Position numbers and translations under genes: made by a program. 64,000 nt of DNA from Macrostomum lignano (lineage: Eukaryota): positions 278,099-342,098 of the forward strand of contig NIVC01001185.1 in the NCBI GenBank assembly GCA_002269645.1, given 5' to 3'. Below the pieces are notes generated by a model. It saw only the letters and a list, made by a program, of their open reading frames with translations, did no database searches and had not been told where the DNA came from. Of the stretch, positions 23,196 to 33,042 are shown in pieces (positions within the stretch are counted from its first letter, which is position 1; each line of letters begins with the position of its first letter).

Positions 23196-23959
23196 AATCT
23201 GAGCCTTAGCTACCGGCCTGAAAGATTTCGCAACTTCTAGGAAATGTTACTGACTTTCTCTGACTGTAAGACAAGGTCTCAAGATGAAATATTAGCAATT
23301 CTAGTCCTACCAAACCCAAACCAATGCACCATCATATTTCTGTGCCATTTGAAGTTTTTGTTACAGCCCATGTTTTCTAACTTGAGCAATGCGTATTGAA
23401 ACACTGAAAGGTAAATCTGCACATATTGTAAGATTGTAGTTTGTCCAGCAAGTTGCAACTACACTTATTATCTTGGGTTTTTGTAAAAATTGAATGCATA
23501 TTATTTGTTGCAGAATAATGCAGCTCTTTATTGTACTCTTAAACAAAAATACACATTCTTAACGTAATAGTTTTCAAAATCTTATGACGTTTTTCCTACT
23601 TTAAATAAAAAATAGTCACTCTTTAAAACTTGCTATCTTTACGATACGAAGCTATAGAGTAAAATCGTGTAGCACATTTAACGTCTCGAAAACTGTCGAG
23701 TAATATATGAGCACAAAGCATTTGCTGCACTAAACCCGTAAAGCAATCTGCCGTCACTTTGTCACCGACTAAGCGATCTTCTCCTCCAATTAGGAAGGCA
23801 ACAACTACTTGTGGGTTATAACCTTATACAGTCGCTATTGTTAATTTCTGAAGAAAATCTATGATTTAAAAGCAAAGAGCATCCCGCCCTAAAAGGATCT
23901 AGCTAGCTCCCCTATGAGTTTTGGCTCTAAAGCATCGGAGCAACCCCACTGAGACACAG

Positions 23960-24610
23960 AATTTCAGCAATTCCCCCCCCACAAGCCCCGCCTTCTCAGC
24001 AGTTCTCTACGTGAGTCTTCACATCTCACCGATTTCCCGCGTGAACCCTTGACATCTCGGCATTTCCACCAAGAGGCACAACATTTCAGCAATTTCCCAT
24101 GAGCATTGAGCCACAGAATTTCTGCGATTCCCCTCATAAACCTTGACATTTCAGCAGGGGCGTCGCCATGGATTTTATGGTGGGGGGGGGACAAAGCCAA
24201 GAATTCAAAGTGTACATGACAAAATTTTGGCACTCATTTTGGCGCCGCAGGCACTCATTTCAGTGCCACAGGCACTCATTTTAGCGCCGCAGGCACTCAT
24301 TTTAGCGCCGCAGGCACTCATTTTAGCGCCGCAGGCACTCATTTTAGCGCCGCAGGCACTCATTTTAGCGCCGCAGGCACTCATTTTGGCGCCGCAGCAA
24401 CTCATTTTGGCGCTGAAGGCGGTACATTTTGGCGCCCTGAAGAAAAATTATTGATTACCACAACGACTCACAAGGTGGAGTGGGGGGGGACAAAGCATTG
24501 GCATGTCCCCCCCCAGAGCTTTTACTGGGGGGGGCATGTCCCTCCTGTCCCCCCGGTGGCGACGCGCCTGCATCTGAGCAATTTCCCCTGAACCAAAGAT
24601 TTTTTAGCGG
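23960..24610. repeat. Degenerate dispersed repeat (CCTTGACATCTCAGCAATTTCCCC-like units) interrupted by the MITE; related array in reverse orientation at ~37640-38110
   Basis: The motif recurs here, and as GGGGAATTGCTGAGATGTCAAGG at 37.6-38.1 kb. Confidence 0.6.
24154..24571. mobile_element. MITE-like element with imperfect terminal inverted repeats and an internal 21-bp minisatellite
   Basis: Left end GCAGGGGCGTCGCCA; right end TGGCGACGCGCCTGC; internal GGGGGGACA / TGTCCCCCC motifs; (GCAGGCACTCATTTTAGCGCC)n at 24232-24410. No clear TSD. Confidence 0.7.
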
Positions 24611-25711
24611 TTTCCGCACATGATACTTGGCATATTAGCAACTCATTATCAGTCTAATCGTTGAACCTTAGCTCTAACCTTAACCATCGGAAGCAACACT
24701 AGGAGAAGCATTGAAATTAGTTTTGGTAGGTATTGTAAGTAGACATTCAAGTAGGTATTCATGGTCTTCAATTTTCAGTACACTACTAATGTTTGCGAGT
24801 AGTATGAATTGCGTTTTTAGCGAAAAATTTTCCAAAATTCACGAAAATCTGCTGGTAACAAATGTCTACTATTTTCGAATAACTGAAAGTCGTTTATTTT
24901 CTATCAGATCATTCTAGACCAGACTCTTACAGAAAGCATTATTATATTCCCTAGATAGGCCACTTTGTATTGCGGCAATAGGGAAAGCGCGATTGCTTTT
25001 TTTGTCACTTGTGCGAAAAAACCCGACATGGGTTGCTTCAATTTTGATTTCAGAAGCTTAGGGACAAAGACGCTATTTTTTGAGCTTTCGATCTATCTTC
25101 TTATGAATTAAATAAAAAGCTACTCAATTAAACTAAGACTGATGAATGCACTGAGGAGACTACTGACGAAATTGAGTTCAGTAGTTGATTTTCCCGTTGT
25201 CGCGAGTTGCAAATTTTTCAAGTTGGCTTCTAATGGCCAAAAATGAACAATGAGTGACCCATCGTGTGTATATGTTTTTTGTCTCATATATGATTACACC
25301 AGAGAATGTTGAATATACTCAATATTCTTTGGATTAACTATGCCGTTTAATTCATCATAGTCTATGGTTAAAATGTCCGAGGCGCTGCATTAATAGTTTA
25401 GGGGTGAGCACTAAAGAACTAAAGAATCTGAACTAGCAATATTCATTACAGAACTGACAGTTCTGTGATCTTCACCCAAGGATGAAAAAATCATCCATCT
25501 ATTCTTTCATCCATGTCTTCACCACGTTGAGAAGTCAACAAAAGAGACGAATGAAAGTTTTTTCGAATAAACAATCCAAACAACAACAACAAAATACATT
25601 GTCAGTCAGTCAGCAGACGTCACAGACGTACAAGCGCTTCCAGCTCTGTAATATTTTATTTGGTAATCTTCTATGCCTGCCTTTCTGTTTTTTAAAAATG
25701 TCTGGTTTGAT

Positions 25712-26575
25712 TCATTCGATAGTGAAATTCAGAAATGGATCCAAGCATTCGCAGCCTCCGTGATATGAAAATGATTCCGAATGGTCATACAGAGCCATGT
25801 CGCGGATTCTGGCACGGTTCGCAGCATCCTTGCCATCGCTTGGCTCCCTAGGCCCCCAGAGTCCGCCGCTGCTGGTGTCCAGAATCGGCAGCGGCCAGCC
25901 GCAGTCCGCCCACGCCCAGCTGCCGTTGGCCAGAATTGAAGCACCAACCCAGATCTGATGGCTGCTGTCAGTCAGACCAGTTGACGTCCTCACATCCTGG
26001 AGCTCATCAACGCTGCTCAGGTCGGCGAGCTTCGTCAGCGGCATGGCGGACCCGTCCGAGGTGGTCAGGAAGCTCCGGCGGCTGTCGGCCTGAGCGCTCC
26101 ATCCGGTCACCTGCCCGTTCCCAGCTGCCTTGTACAGCGAGCCCTTGAAGCGGCTGTCGCTGACGCCGGGCACCCAGCGATAGTCGGCGGGACAGAGCCG
26201 GCCTGGCTCGAGACCCTCCGACTGCTTGACGAAGACTCGAAGCCTCCTGCTGCTGCAGCCGCTGCTCGCCATCGAGGCGGGATCGAGCAGCAGTCGCGAG
26301 CTGCAGGCGTCGAAGGCGAACAGCAGGCAGAGCTGTCGGTCCGAGGAGGCTGCCGCAGCCTCCATGGCGAAGGCTCTGCATCTCGGAGCCGCTCCACAGC
26401 GAAGCGCACAGGCCGCGATGTCAAGGTCGAGCAGCTGGTAGTGAGCTGGGGACACGCAGTTAGAGGTGAGGATCGGGTGGAAGGCGACTCGCTGCCTGCA
26501 GCAGGTTGCGGGGTGGCTCAGCAGCAGCAGCGGCAGCAGTAGTACGAGTATAGGAAATGTACGCAAAGAATTCAT
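25712..26575 (-). CDS. Secreted PAN/apple + C-type lectin-like protein, paralog 1 (intronless, 287 aa)
   Basis: Leu-rich signal peptide; PAN pattern C...ACALRCGAAPRCRAF...CLLF; CTLD elements LCP..Y, IWVGA...GSWAW, WGPREPS, CE. Confidence 0.85.
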   Translation of the reverse strand: MNSLRTFPILVLLLPLLLLSHPATCCRQRVAFHPILTSNCVSPAHYQLLDLDIAACALRCGAAPRCRAFAMEAAAASSDRQLCLLFAFDACSSRLLLDPASMASSGCSSRRLRVFVKQSEGLEPGRLCPADYRWVPGVSDSRFKGSLYKAAGNGQVTGWSAQADSRRSFLTTSDGSAMPLTKLADLSSVDELQDVRTSTGLTDSSHQIWVGASILANGSWAWADCGWPLPILDTSSGGLWGPREPSDGKDAANRARIRDMALYDHSESFSYHGGCECLDPFLNFTIE

Positions 26576-27109
26576 TTCTCTTGCTTTAGATTCAAAACAT
26601 GTTTAATTGCATGTGTGTCGAAAATTGAAGACGGATTATCTTCTTTTTTATGGTTTAAAAAGTGAGTGCTGCGTGAGTTGTTGATTGACAGCGACAGCTT
26701 TCTAAAATTTCCGCATTTCTCTGCGCCAGTGGGTGTAGTTTTATCGCTCGGAATGGTTTAAGGCTCTGGAATGGAGACCGAAATTCTTGTCACGTAGGTG
26801 ACAGATCCCCACTATTCTGGAATGATTGAAATTCGTTTTTTACTTTCAGATCATTCCAGACGAACCTGCTGCCGGAAGCATCATTGTCTACGAGCGTATC
26901 GGTGCTTTTAGTAGCGTCTGAAGGTCTGATTGACGTTTAAATGATCTTTTCCTTCGCTAATGGCATCGTTTACTGGGAATGCATGCAGTCAGCTTGAAGT
27001 CGTGGGAATGCATTTTCCAACTTTTTACAAGGCTGCCTTTGTCTAATGTCACTCAGTCTGTCCAGTTATTCGTGTTCTGTTGAGATTTGGGGATGAAAAA
27101 TCGACCGTA

Positions 27110-28958
27110 CTTACTTTGACTTAGCTGCAGGGTGGTCCGTAGACACAGCGGGGAGGCGAGGGTCGCCCATTCCGCTAGCCCCTGAAGGCCCGCAGACAGG
27201 CAGAGGCGTGGGGCCGGGTCAGGGTGGTCCACCGGTCCGTCCTGCAGCGTGATCTTCCGTTGGGAAGAAACTGGCTCGTCTAGTCGCCCGATGGAACTGG
27301 ATGAGCCGTGAGATGCTGTCGGGCTGGCAGACCTCGTCAATGGACGGGTTCGGCCCGAGGTAGCGTAGCCGGTCTCTGTTAAAGAAAGGGCAGTGACAGA
27401 CAAAGTGCTGAGCATCTTCATTGTCGCACTCGCAAAAGGGGCAAATTTCGCTCTCGAGGTCGCCTCGGAGGAAGCAGTGCCTGGCGAGGTAGCCATGGCC
27501 GGTAAGGGTCATGACAAGGGCTCGAATATCCTTCCGATTCTGGTTCAGAAGGATGTTTCTGAGCCTGCGAGACGGGCAAGGAACCGCGGCACGAGATTGC
27601 CGGTAGTTTTGGGTGCCCGCCCATCTGTCCCTGTGGAGGGAGTCAGCCCAGTCGTCGATCTGACGATTGATGACTGTCAAGGGCATAGGGACCAGGGGGG
27701 CAGGGCCGAAGAAAGAGCCAGAGCCGCCCCTCTTGGCGAGGGTATCTGCCAGCTCGTTCCCCGGAAACCCTGCGTGCCCTGGGATCCACTTCAGCCTGAC
27801 AGTATTGCTTCTGGCCAGGAGGTTGAGCTGCCGGGCGCAGTCGGCGACTGTCCGGGAGTTCGTTGTGGTGTGGCAAAGGGCCTGTAAGGCCGCTTGGCTG
27901 TCGGAGTGGATGACAATAGTCTTTCCTCTCGTAACCTTGGCGTTCATCTCTGCAGCGCAAGAGCTGATGGCAAGGACTTCGTTCTGGAAGACTGTGGAGA
28001 GTCTACCAGTGTGCTGGGCATGCGTGGCAATGACGCCGCCGCTGATGATGATGCAGACCCCAAAGCCGGCGCGACCGTCTTTGATGGATCCGTCCGTGTA
28101 GCAATGGACCTCCTGGAAATTCCAGTGGTCATTGGCAGCATCCCTAGAGGGGATGGTGACCTTGTAGCGCTGAAAGAGGTTGAGAGTGCGGGGTTCGCAG
28201 TCAGATAGGACGTGGAGCCCGCCGCTGTCTCTCAAGTCCTTGAGGCAGAGGTCAGCGTGGGGCAGAAGCTTGCGCTTAGCCATGGCCCTATGGGGCTGGA
28301 TTCGAATGCCAGCGTCAGCTAGACGGCGGGCAGTCTTAGCCGCTTCCCTGCGGACAAAGATGTCCAGCGGAGGAATGTTGAGGAAGGCGTTGAGGCCATC
28401 GTTAGGAGCAGACGGAGGGGCGCTCATGATCGTGCGACATGCGCGCCCTTGCGCTCTCCTGAGAGCCTCTAGACAGGTCTTTATCTGCAGGGCGCTAGCC
28501 CAGATCAGGCCGCCATACGAGATAGCGGGCCTAACCATTGCAGTGTAGATCCACCAGAGGCGCTTGGGGGTGAGCCCCCAGGTGGTGCCGACAGCCCTGC
28601 GCAATTGCGCGAGGTCTGCGAAGGCCTTTTTGGCTTTTGTTTGAACGTGGGGTGACCAGTTCAGCCTGTGGTCCAGGGTAATACCCAGACATTTAGTCTG
28701 CTTGCAGAAGGGGATTTCCCTTCCGTAAAGCGTGAGCGGCCGAATCTGCCACTTGGTCCTGCTGGGGAACATGATCGCTGCGGTCTTAGTCTCAGAGAGC
28801 CTTAAACCACAGCGGTCCGCCCATTGCTCAGCGGCGTAGATAAAGTTCTGAAGAAGGTCCCTGAGGGTATCAGGGGACGGACCAGATGCCACCGCGGTGA
28901 CATCGTCCGCATAACCAACTTTCAGAATGGGATCAGGCCGAACATCCCGGAGGAGCTC
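27110..28958 (-). mobile_element. 5'-truncated non-LTR retrotransposon (RT C-terminus + RNase H + Cys/His knuckle; LOA/R1/I-group type)
   Basis: Uninterrupted frame with YADD, GITLDHRLNW, RNase H (YTDGS, NEVLAI, SDSQAAL, WIPGH, GNELAD) and CPFC...H..C. Flanked by a 10-bp TSD, ATCGACCGTA, at 27100-27109 and 28959-28968. Confidence 0.95.
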
Positions 28959-29828
28959 ATCGACCGTAAGACCTATTCTTGCCACAGCTAGCACCATAGT
29001 CATCTTAAACTATGTTTTAAGATATCCCCTGTCCCTAATATCAGGGTCTGAGGTTAAAAACAGTATAAACATAAAACTTCAAGTTAGAAATATGAACTAA
29101 TTAAAAATAGTTACAACTGGGTAGTTTTGATTCGACCTTAAGACCGATGAAATCTTCCAATCTGCTAATGGCCACCCCAAAATCAAACCTCGTTCGTGCA
29201 GGAAAATCTACTGATATCAACTCATCCTTAAAAAAGTTACCGTTTAGTTTTAAGATATGAGCTGGGCCTGAAGGTGCTCTGTCACGATGCAAAACTGATG
29301 AGCAAAATGTTTGGGATTTCCGAGTTGAACTACTCATAGGGCCTATTCTACGAGTATGAAGATGAGAAGTGACTCCTGAATTTGTGTCCTGACTGGTGGA
29401 ATAGAAAACTTTCTGATTTTTGGAACTATCATGATAAAAAAATTAAAAAGTGTCTGATGCTCTCTGGACTAATTGAAAATCATTGACTTCTTTCCGACTA
29501 CAATAAATTTTAAAATGCAATTGTTTGAACTGGCTAAAGGAAACAAAACACAAAGCACGCGAATTTGCAATGCAGAATCGAAGAGTAGAGCTTCCGTTTT
29601 ATTTAAAGTTTGTCAGCTCGTGCAAACCTCTGAGTGAAATCTAAGTTTCAAGTAGTCAAAAAATTAACCAATACATCGGTAAATGGTTGCGTCACTCATG
29701 TTCAGGATGTAGTTCAAATTCTAGAGTTTTCGAGTTCAATTTGTCTATAAAACATACAGTTCCGTGTGGTATCTTCTTGCACGATTTATCCTATCCGTTT
29801 CCTTGAGGTCTCGGGATTTTGGTTTAAT

Positions 29829-30716
29829 TCAGCCAATCGTAAAATTTAGAAACGGATCCAGGCATTCGCAGGCTGCATGATAGAGAGTTGAACCCCGATT
29901 GTCATACAGAGCCATGTCGCGGATTCTGGCGCGCAATCCAGCATCATTGCCACTGTTCGGCTCGCTAGGGTCCCAGAGTCCGCCGCTGCCGGTGTCCAGA
30001 ATCGGCAGCGGCCAGCCGCAGTCCGCCCACGCCCAGCTGCCGTTGGCCAGAATTGAAGCACCAACCCAGATTTGCTGACTGTCAGTCAAGCCAGTTGACG
30101 CCCTCACATCCTGGAGCTCCTCAACGCTGCTCAGGTCGGCGAGCTTCGTCAGCGGCATGGCGAACCCGTCCGAGGTGGTCAGGAAGCTCCGGCAGCTGTC
30201 GGCCTGAGCGCTCCATCCGGTCACCTGCCCGTTCCCAGCAGCCTTGTACAACGAGCCCTTGAAGCGGCTGCCACTGACGCCGGGCACCCAGCGATAGTCG
30301 GCGGGACAGAGCCAGCCCGGCTCGAGACCCTCCGACCGCTTGACGAAGACTCGAAGCCTCCTGCTGCTGCAGCCACTGCTCGCTATCGAGACGGGATCGA
30401 GCAGCAGTCGCGAGCTGCAGGAGTCGAAGGCGAACAGCAGGCAGAGCTGTCGGTCCGAGGAGGCCACCGCAGCCTCCATGGCGAAGGCTCTGCACCTCGG
30501 AGCCGCTCCACAGCGAAGCGCACAGGCCGCGATGTCAAGGTCGAGCAGCTGGTAGTGAGCTGGGGACACGCAGTTAGAGGTGAGGATCGGGTGGAAGGCG
30601 ACTCGCTGCCTGCAGCAGGTTGCGGGGTGGCTCAGCAGCAGCAGCGGCAGCAGCAGCAGCGGCAGCAGCAAAGAAACAAACTGGGAACTATGGTGTCTCA
30701 TGAGAGGTGCATGCAA
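29829..30716 (-). CDS. Secreted PAN/apple + C-type lectin-like protein, paralog 2 (intronless, 295 aa)
   Basis: Highly similar to 25712-26575 across the CDS; carries EPN and the helix-1 Cys (QADSCRSF). Confidence 0.87.
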   Translation of the reverse strand: MHAPLMRHHSSQFVSLLLPLLLLPLLLLSHPATCCRQRVAFHPILTSNCVSPAHYQLLDLDIAACALRCGAAPRCRAFAMEAAVASSDRQLCLLFAFDSCSSRLLLDPVSIASSGCSSRRLRVFVKRSEGLEPGWLCPADYRWVPGVSGSRFKGSLYKAAGNGQVTGWSAQADSCRSFLTTSDGFAMPLTKLADLSSVEELQDVRASTGLTDSQQIWVGASILANGSWAWADCGWPLPILDTGSGGLWDPSEPNSGNDAGLRARIRDMALYDNRGSTLYHAACECLDPFLNFTIG

Positions 30717-31148
30717 ATCCTGGGGCTAAAGCGATAGCGATGCATTGTAGGAAAAATACAACTCTTTATGTTGTATTGACACGAGTTGAGCCTTTTTAGG
30801 TAGCTCTTCAGGAGAATTTCGATGGTTCTCGATGCGTTTGCACAGCATTATTTTTCCTGTAATTGCTGCGAAACTATTTTTAGAGCTTAGTGAGTCTTTT
30901 GAGAGACTTACCATCTGTTAGAGCGTCGTCACAAATTCGCTTTTGAATGCCTATACATGTTTATTAAATTGCTATTAAGCATTTGTGATTAAAAATTAAC
31001 ATACATGTACATGTAGCTACCTAGCTGTAGTTTGACTGACACATGACTGCGAGTAGCAAATTTGAAAATCCAATTTGTTCCAACGTAATAGAACTGTACA
31101 GGTGAGTGCTTTCTCAATGCAATGGATTTTTTCGAATTTTCTTCACAG

Positions 31149-32061
31149 CTACACAAAACTTGGAGTGGGGTTCTAGAGAATTAAAGAAAGCCCTGAATCA
31201 GATCAGCCGTGCCCAAACCACAGATTCTATGCGCGCAATAGATGGGCCTCTCCCCTTTTTGAATTGTATAAAGCCACTTTGCCGCTGTCTATGGTTGGAC
31301 TTGGACTGCGTGCAGCCTTCGCCACTGTCTATGGTTGGACTCGGTCTGCCTGCAGTCTTCGCCACTGTCTATGGTTGGACTCGGTCTGCCTGCAGTCTTT
31401 GCTTCTGTCTATGGTTGGACTCCGTCTGCCTGCAGTCTTCGCTTCTGTCTATGGTTGGACTCCGTCTGCCTGCAGTCTTCGCTTCTGTCTATGGTTGGAC
31501 TCGGTCTGCCTGCAGTCTTCGCTTCTGTCTATGGTTGGACTCGGTCTGCCTGCAGTCTTTGCTTCTGTCTATGGTTGGACTCGGTCTGCCTGCAGCCTTC
31601 GCCACTGTCTATGGTTGGACTTGGACTGCCTGCAGCCTTCGCCACTGTCTATGGTTGGACTCGGTCTGCCTGCAGCCTTCGCCACTGTCTATGGTTGGAC
31701 TCCGTCTGCCTGCAGTCTTTGCTTCTGTCTATGGTTGGACTCGGTCTGCCTGCAGTCTTTGCTTCTGTCTATGGTTGGACTCGGTCTGCCTGCAGCCTTC
31801 GCCACTGTCTATGGTTGGACTCGGTCTGCCTGCAGTCTTCGCTTCTGTCTATGGTTGGACTCGGTCTGCCTGCAGTCTTCGCTTCTGTCTATGGTTGGAC
31901 TCGGTCTGCCTGCAGTCTTCGCTTCTGTCTATGGTTGGACTCGGTCTGCCTGCAGTCTTCGCCAGTGTCTACGGGTGCGAATCGCATTACAGCCTCCCAA
32001 GGCCAATATTCGTGCACACAAGTCGCAAATAAATGTGACCAGAATCCAACCATTGGTCGTG
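31149..32061 (+). other. Possible exons of an unidentified + strand transcript flanking the 40-bp minisatellite
   Basis: Strong donor CAG|GTGAGT at 31102, a 47-nt intron to TTCTTCACAG (31148), and a second GTGAGT donor at 32062. No recognisable protein. Confidence 0.25.
31280..31965. repeat. 40-bp minisatellite (CTGTCTATGGTTGGACTCGGTCTGCCTGCAGTCTTCGCTT)
   Basis: ~17 tandem copies. Three long ORFs here are translations of the repeat. Confidence 0.95.
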
Positions 32062-32612
32062 GTGAGTGATTAGACTGCTAAGCTGCTTTTGCTAAAAAAT
32101 TAAGGGCTTCGGTTACCAAGGTTCCTTTGATTGTTTTCTACGATATTAATTGAGTTCTACGTGTAGAGTAACTATCGCGATGTTCTAGAAAGTTACATAT
32201 AGAATTTCTACTCGTAAAAAAATTTCTTTTTTAGAATCTTCATAGAGAAAAATCCTAATTACGAGCGTATATTGCAATGGAAGTCAATAAAATTGAAATA
32301 ACTTTGCTTTTGGTTTTGTTTTAGTGTAAGAATTATTTTAGGAATTATTAGAAAACGTTGTCTCACCAACCGTACACGGTAACCCAAAGTTATTATTCAT
32401 GATTAGTTTTACCTTTTATTCAGACACTCAAATTAACACATGCCTCCTTTCTCATTGAATCCAAAAGCAGCATTTCAGATTGCTGATTTCATTTCGATTT
32501 GTCTATTGATTTATCAATATTATTAAATATTAATGTAATGTCAATCAATTTGCGTTAATTTAAAAAAATCCCTGAATGGCAGTTTTAAATGTTTATCGTA
32601 GTGTAGCTAAAC

Positions 32613-32980
32613 AAAGGGGTGTCAACTTAAGCGCTAGAATGGAGCGCAAAGCAAGGCTCCAGACCAAACCGACTGGAATCGATAACCATGACGGTGGCAG
32701 CTGTTTAAATGATTCAAAACCTGGATGCGCCCGGTTGTACTTTGGCTGCGCTCGCTGAAGCCGGCTAACTGCAGCCGCTGATACGGTTTGTGCCTCTTGT
32801 TAACACATTTGTCCTGCTTAATGGCAGCAAAGCGGCACTCAAGCACATAGCGGTACATAGTGGCACAGCGGATGTCTCGGCGATTCTAGTCACCTGGTCC
32901 GACCAGTTATCGATACAGGTCGGTTTGGTCAGGAGCCTTGCTTTGGGCTCCATTCTAGCGCTTAAGTTGACACCCCCTTT
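32613..32980. mobile_element. MITE with ~70-bp terminal inverted repeats
   Basis: AAAGGGGTGTCAACTTAAGCGCTAGAATGGAGC...ACCAAACCGAC at left is mirrored by GTCGGTTTGGT...GCTCCATTCTAGCGCTTAAGTTGACACCCCCTTT at right. No coding capacity. Confidence 0.85.
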
Positions 32981-33042
32981 CGGCTTGTAATTTCCCTTCA
33001 CATGCCGCAGTTACTAAAAAGTTACGATGACGCCACCAACTG

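Noticed and set aside
28959-29003. ATG at 29003 as the start of a 594-aa retroelement or host-fusion protein
   Set aside because: It lies outside the TSD-defined element. The frame is open only by chance across the truncation junction, and the RT N-terminus is missing.
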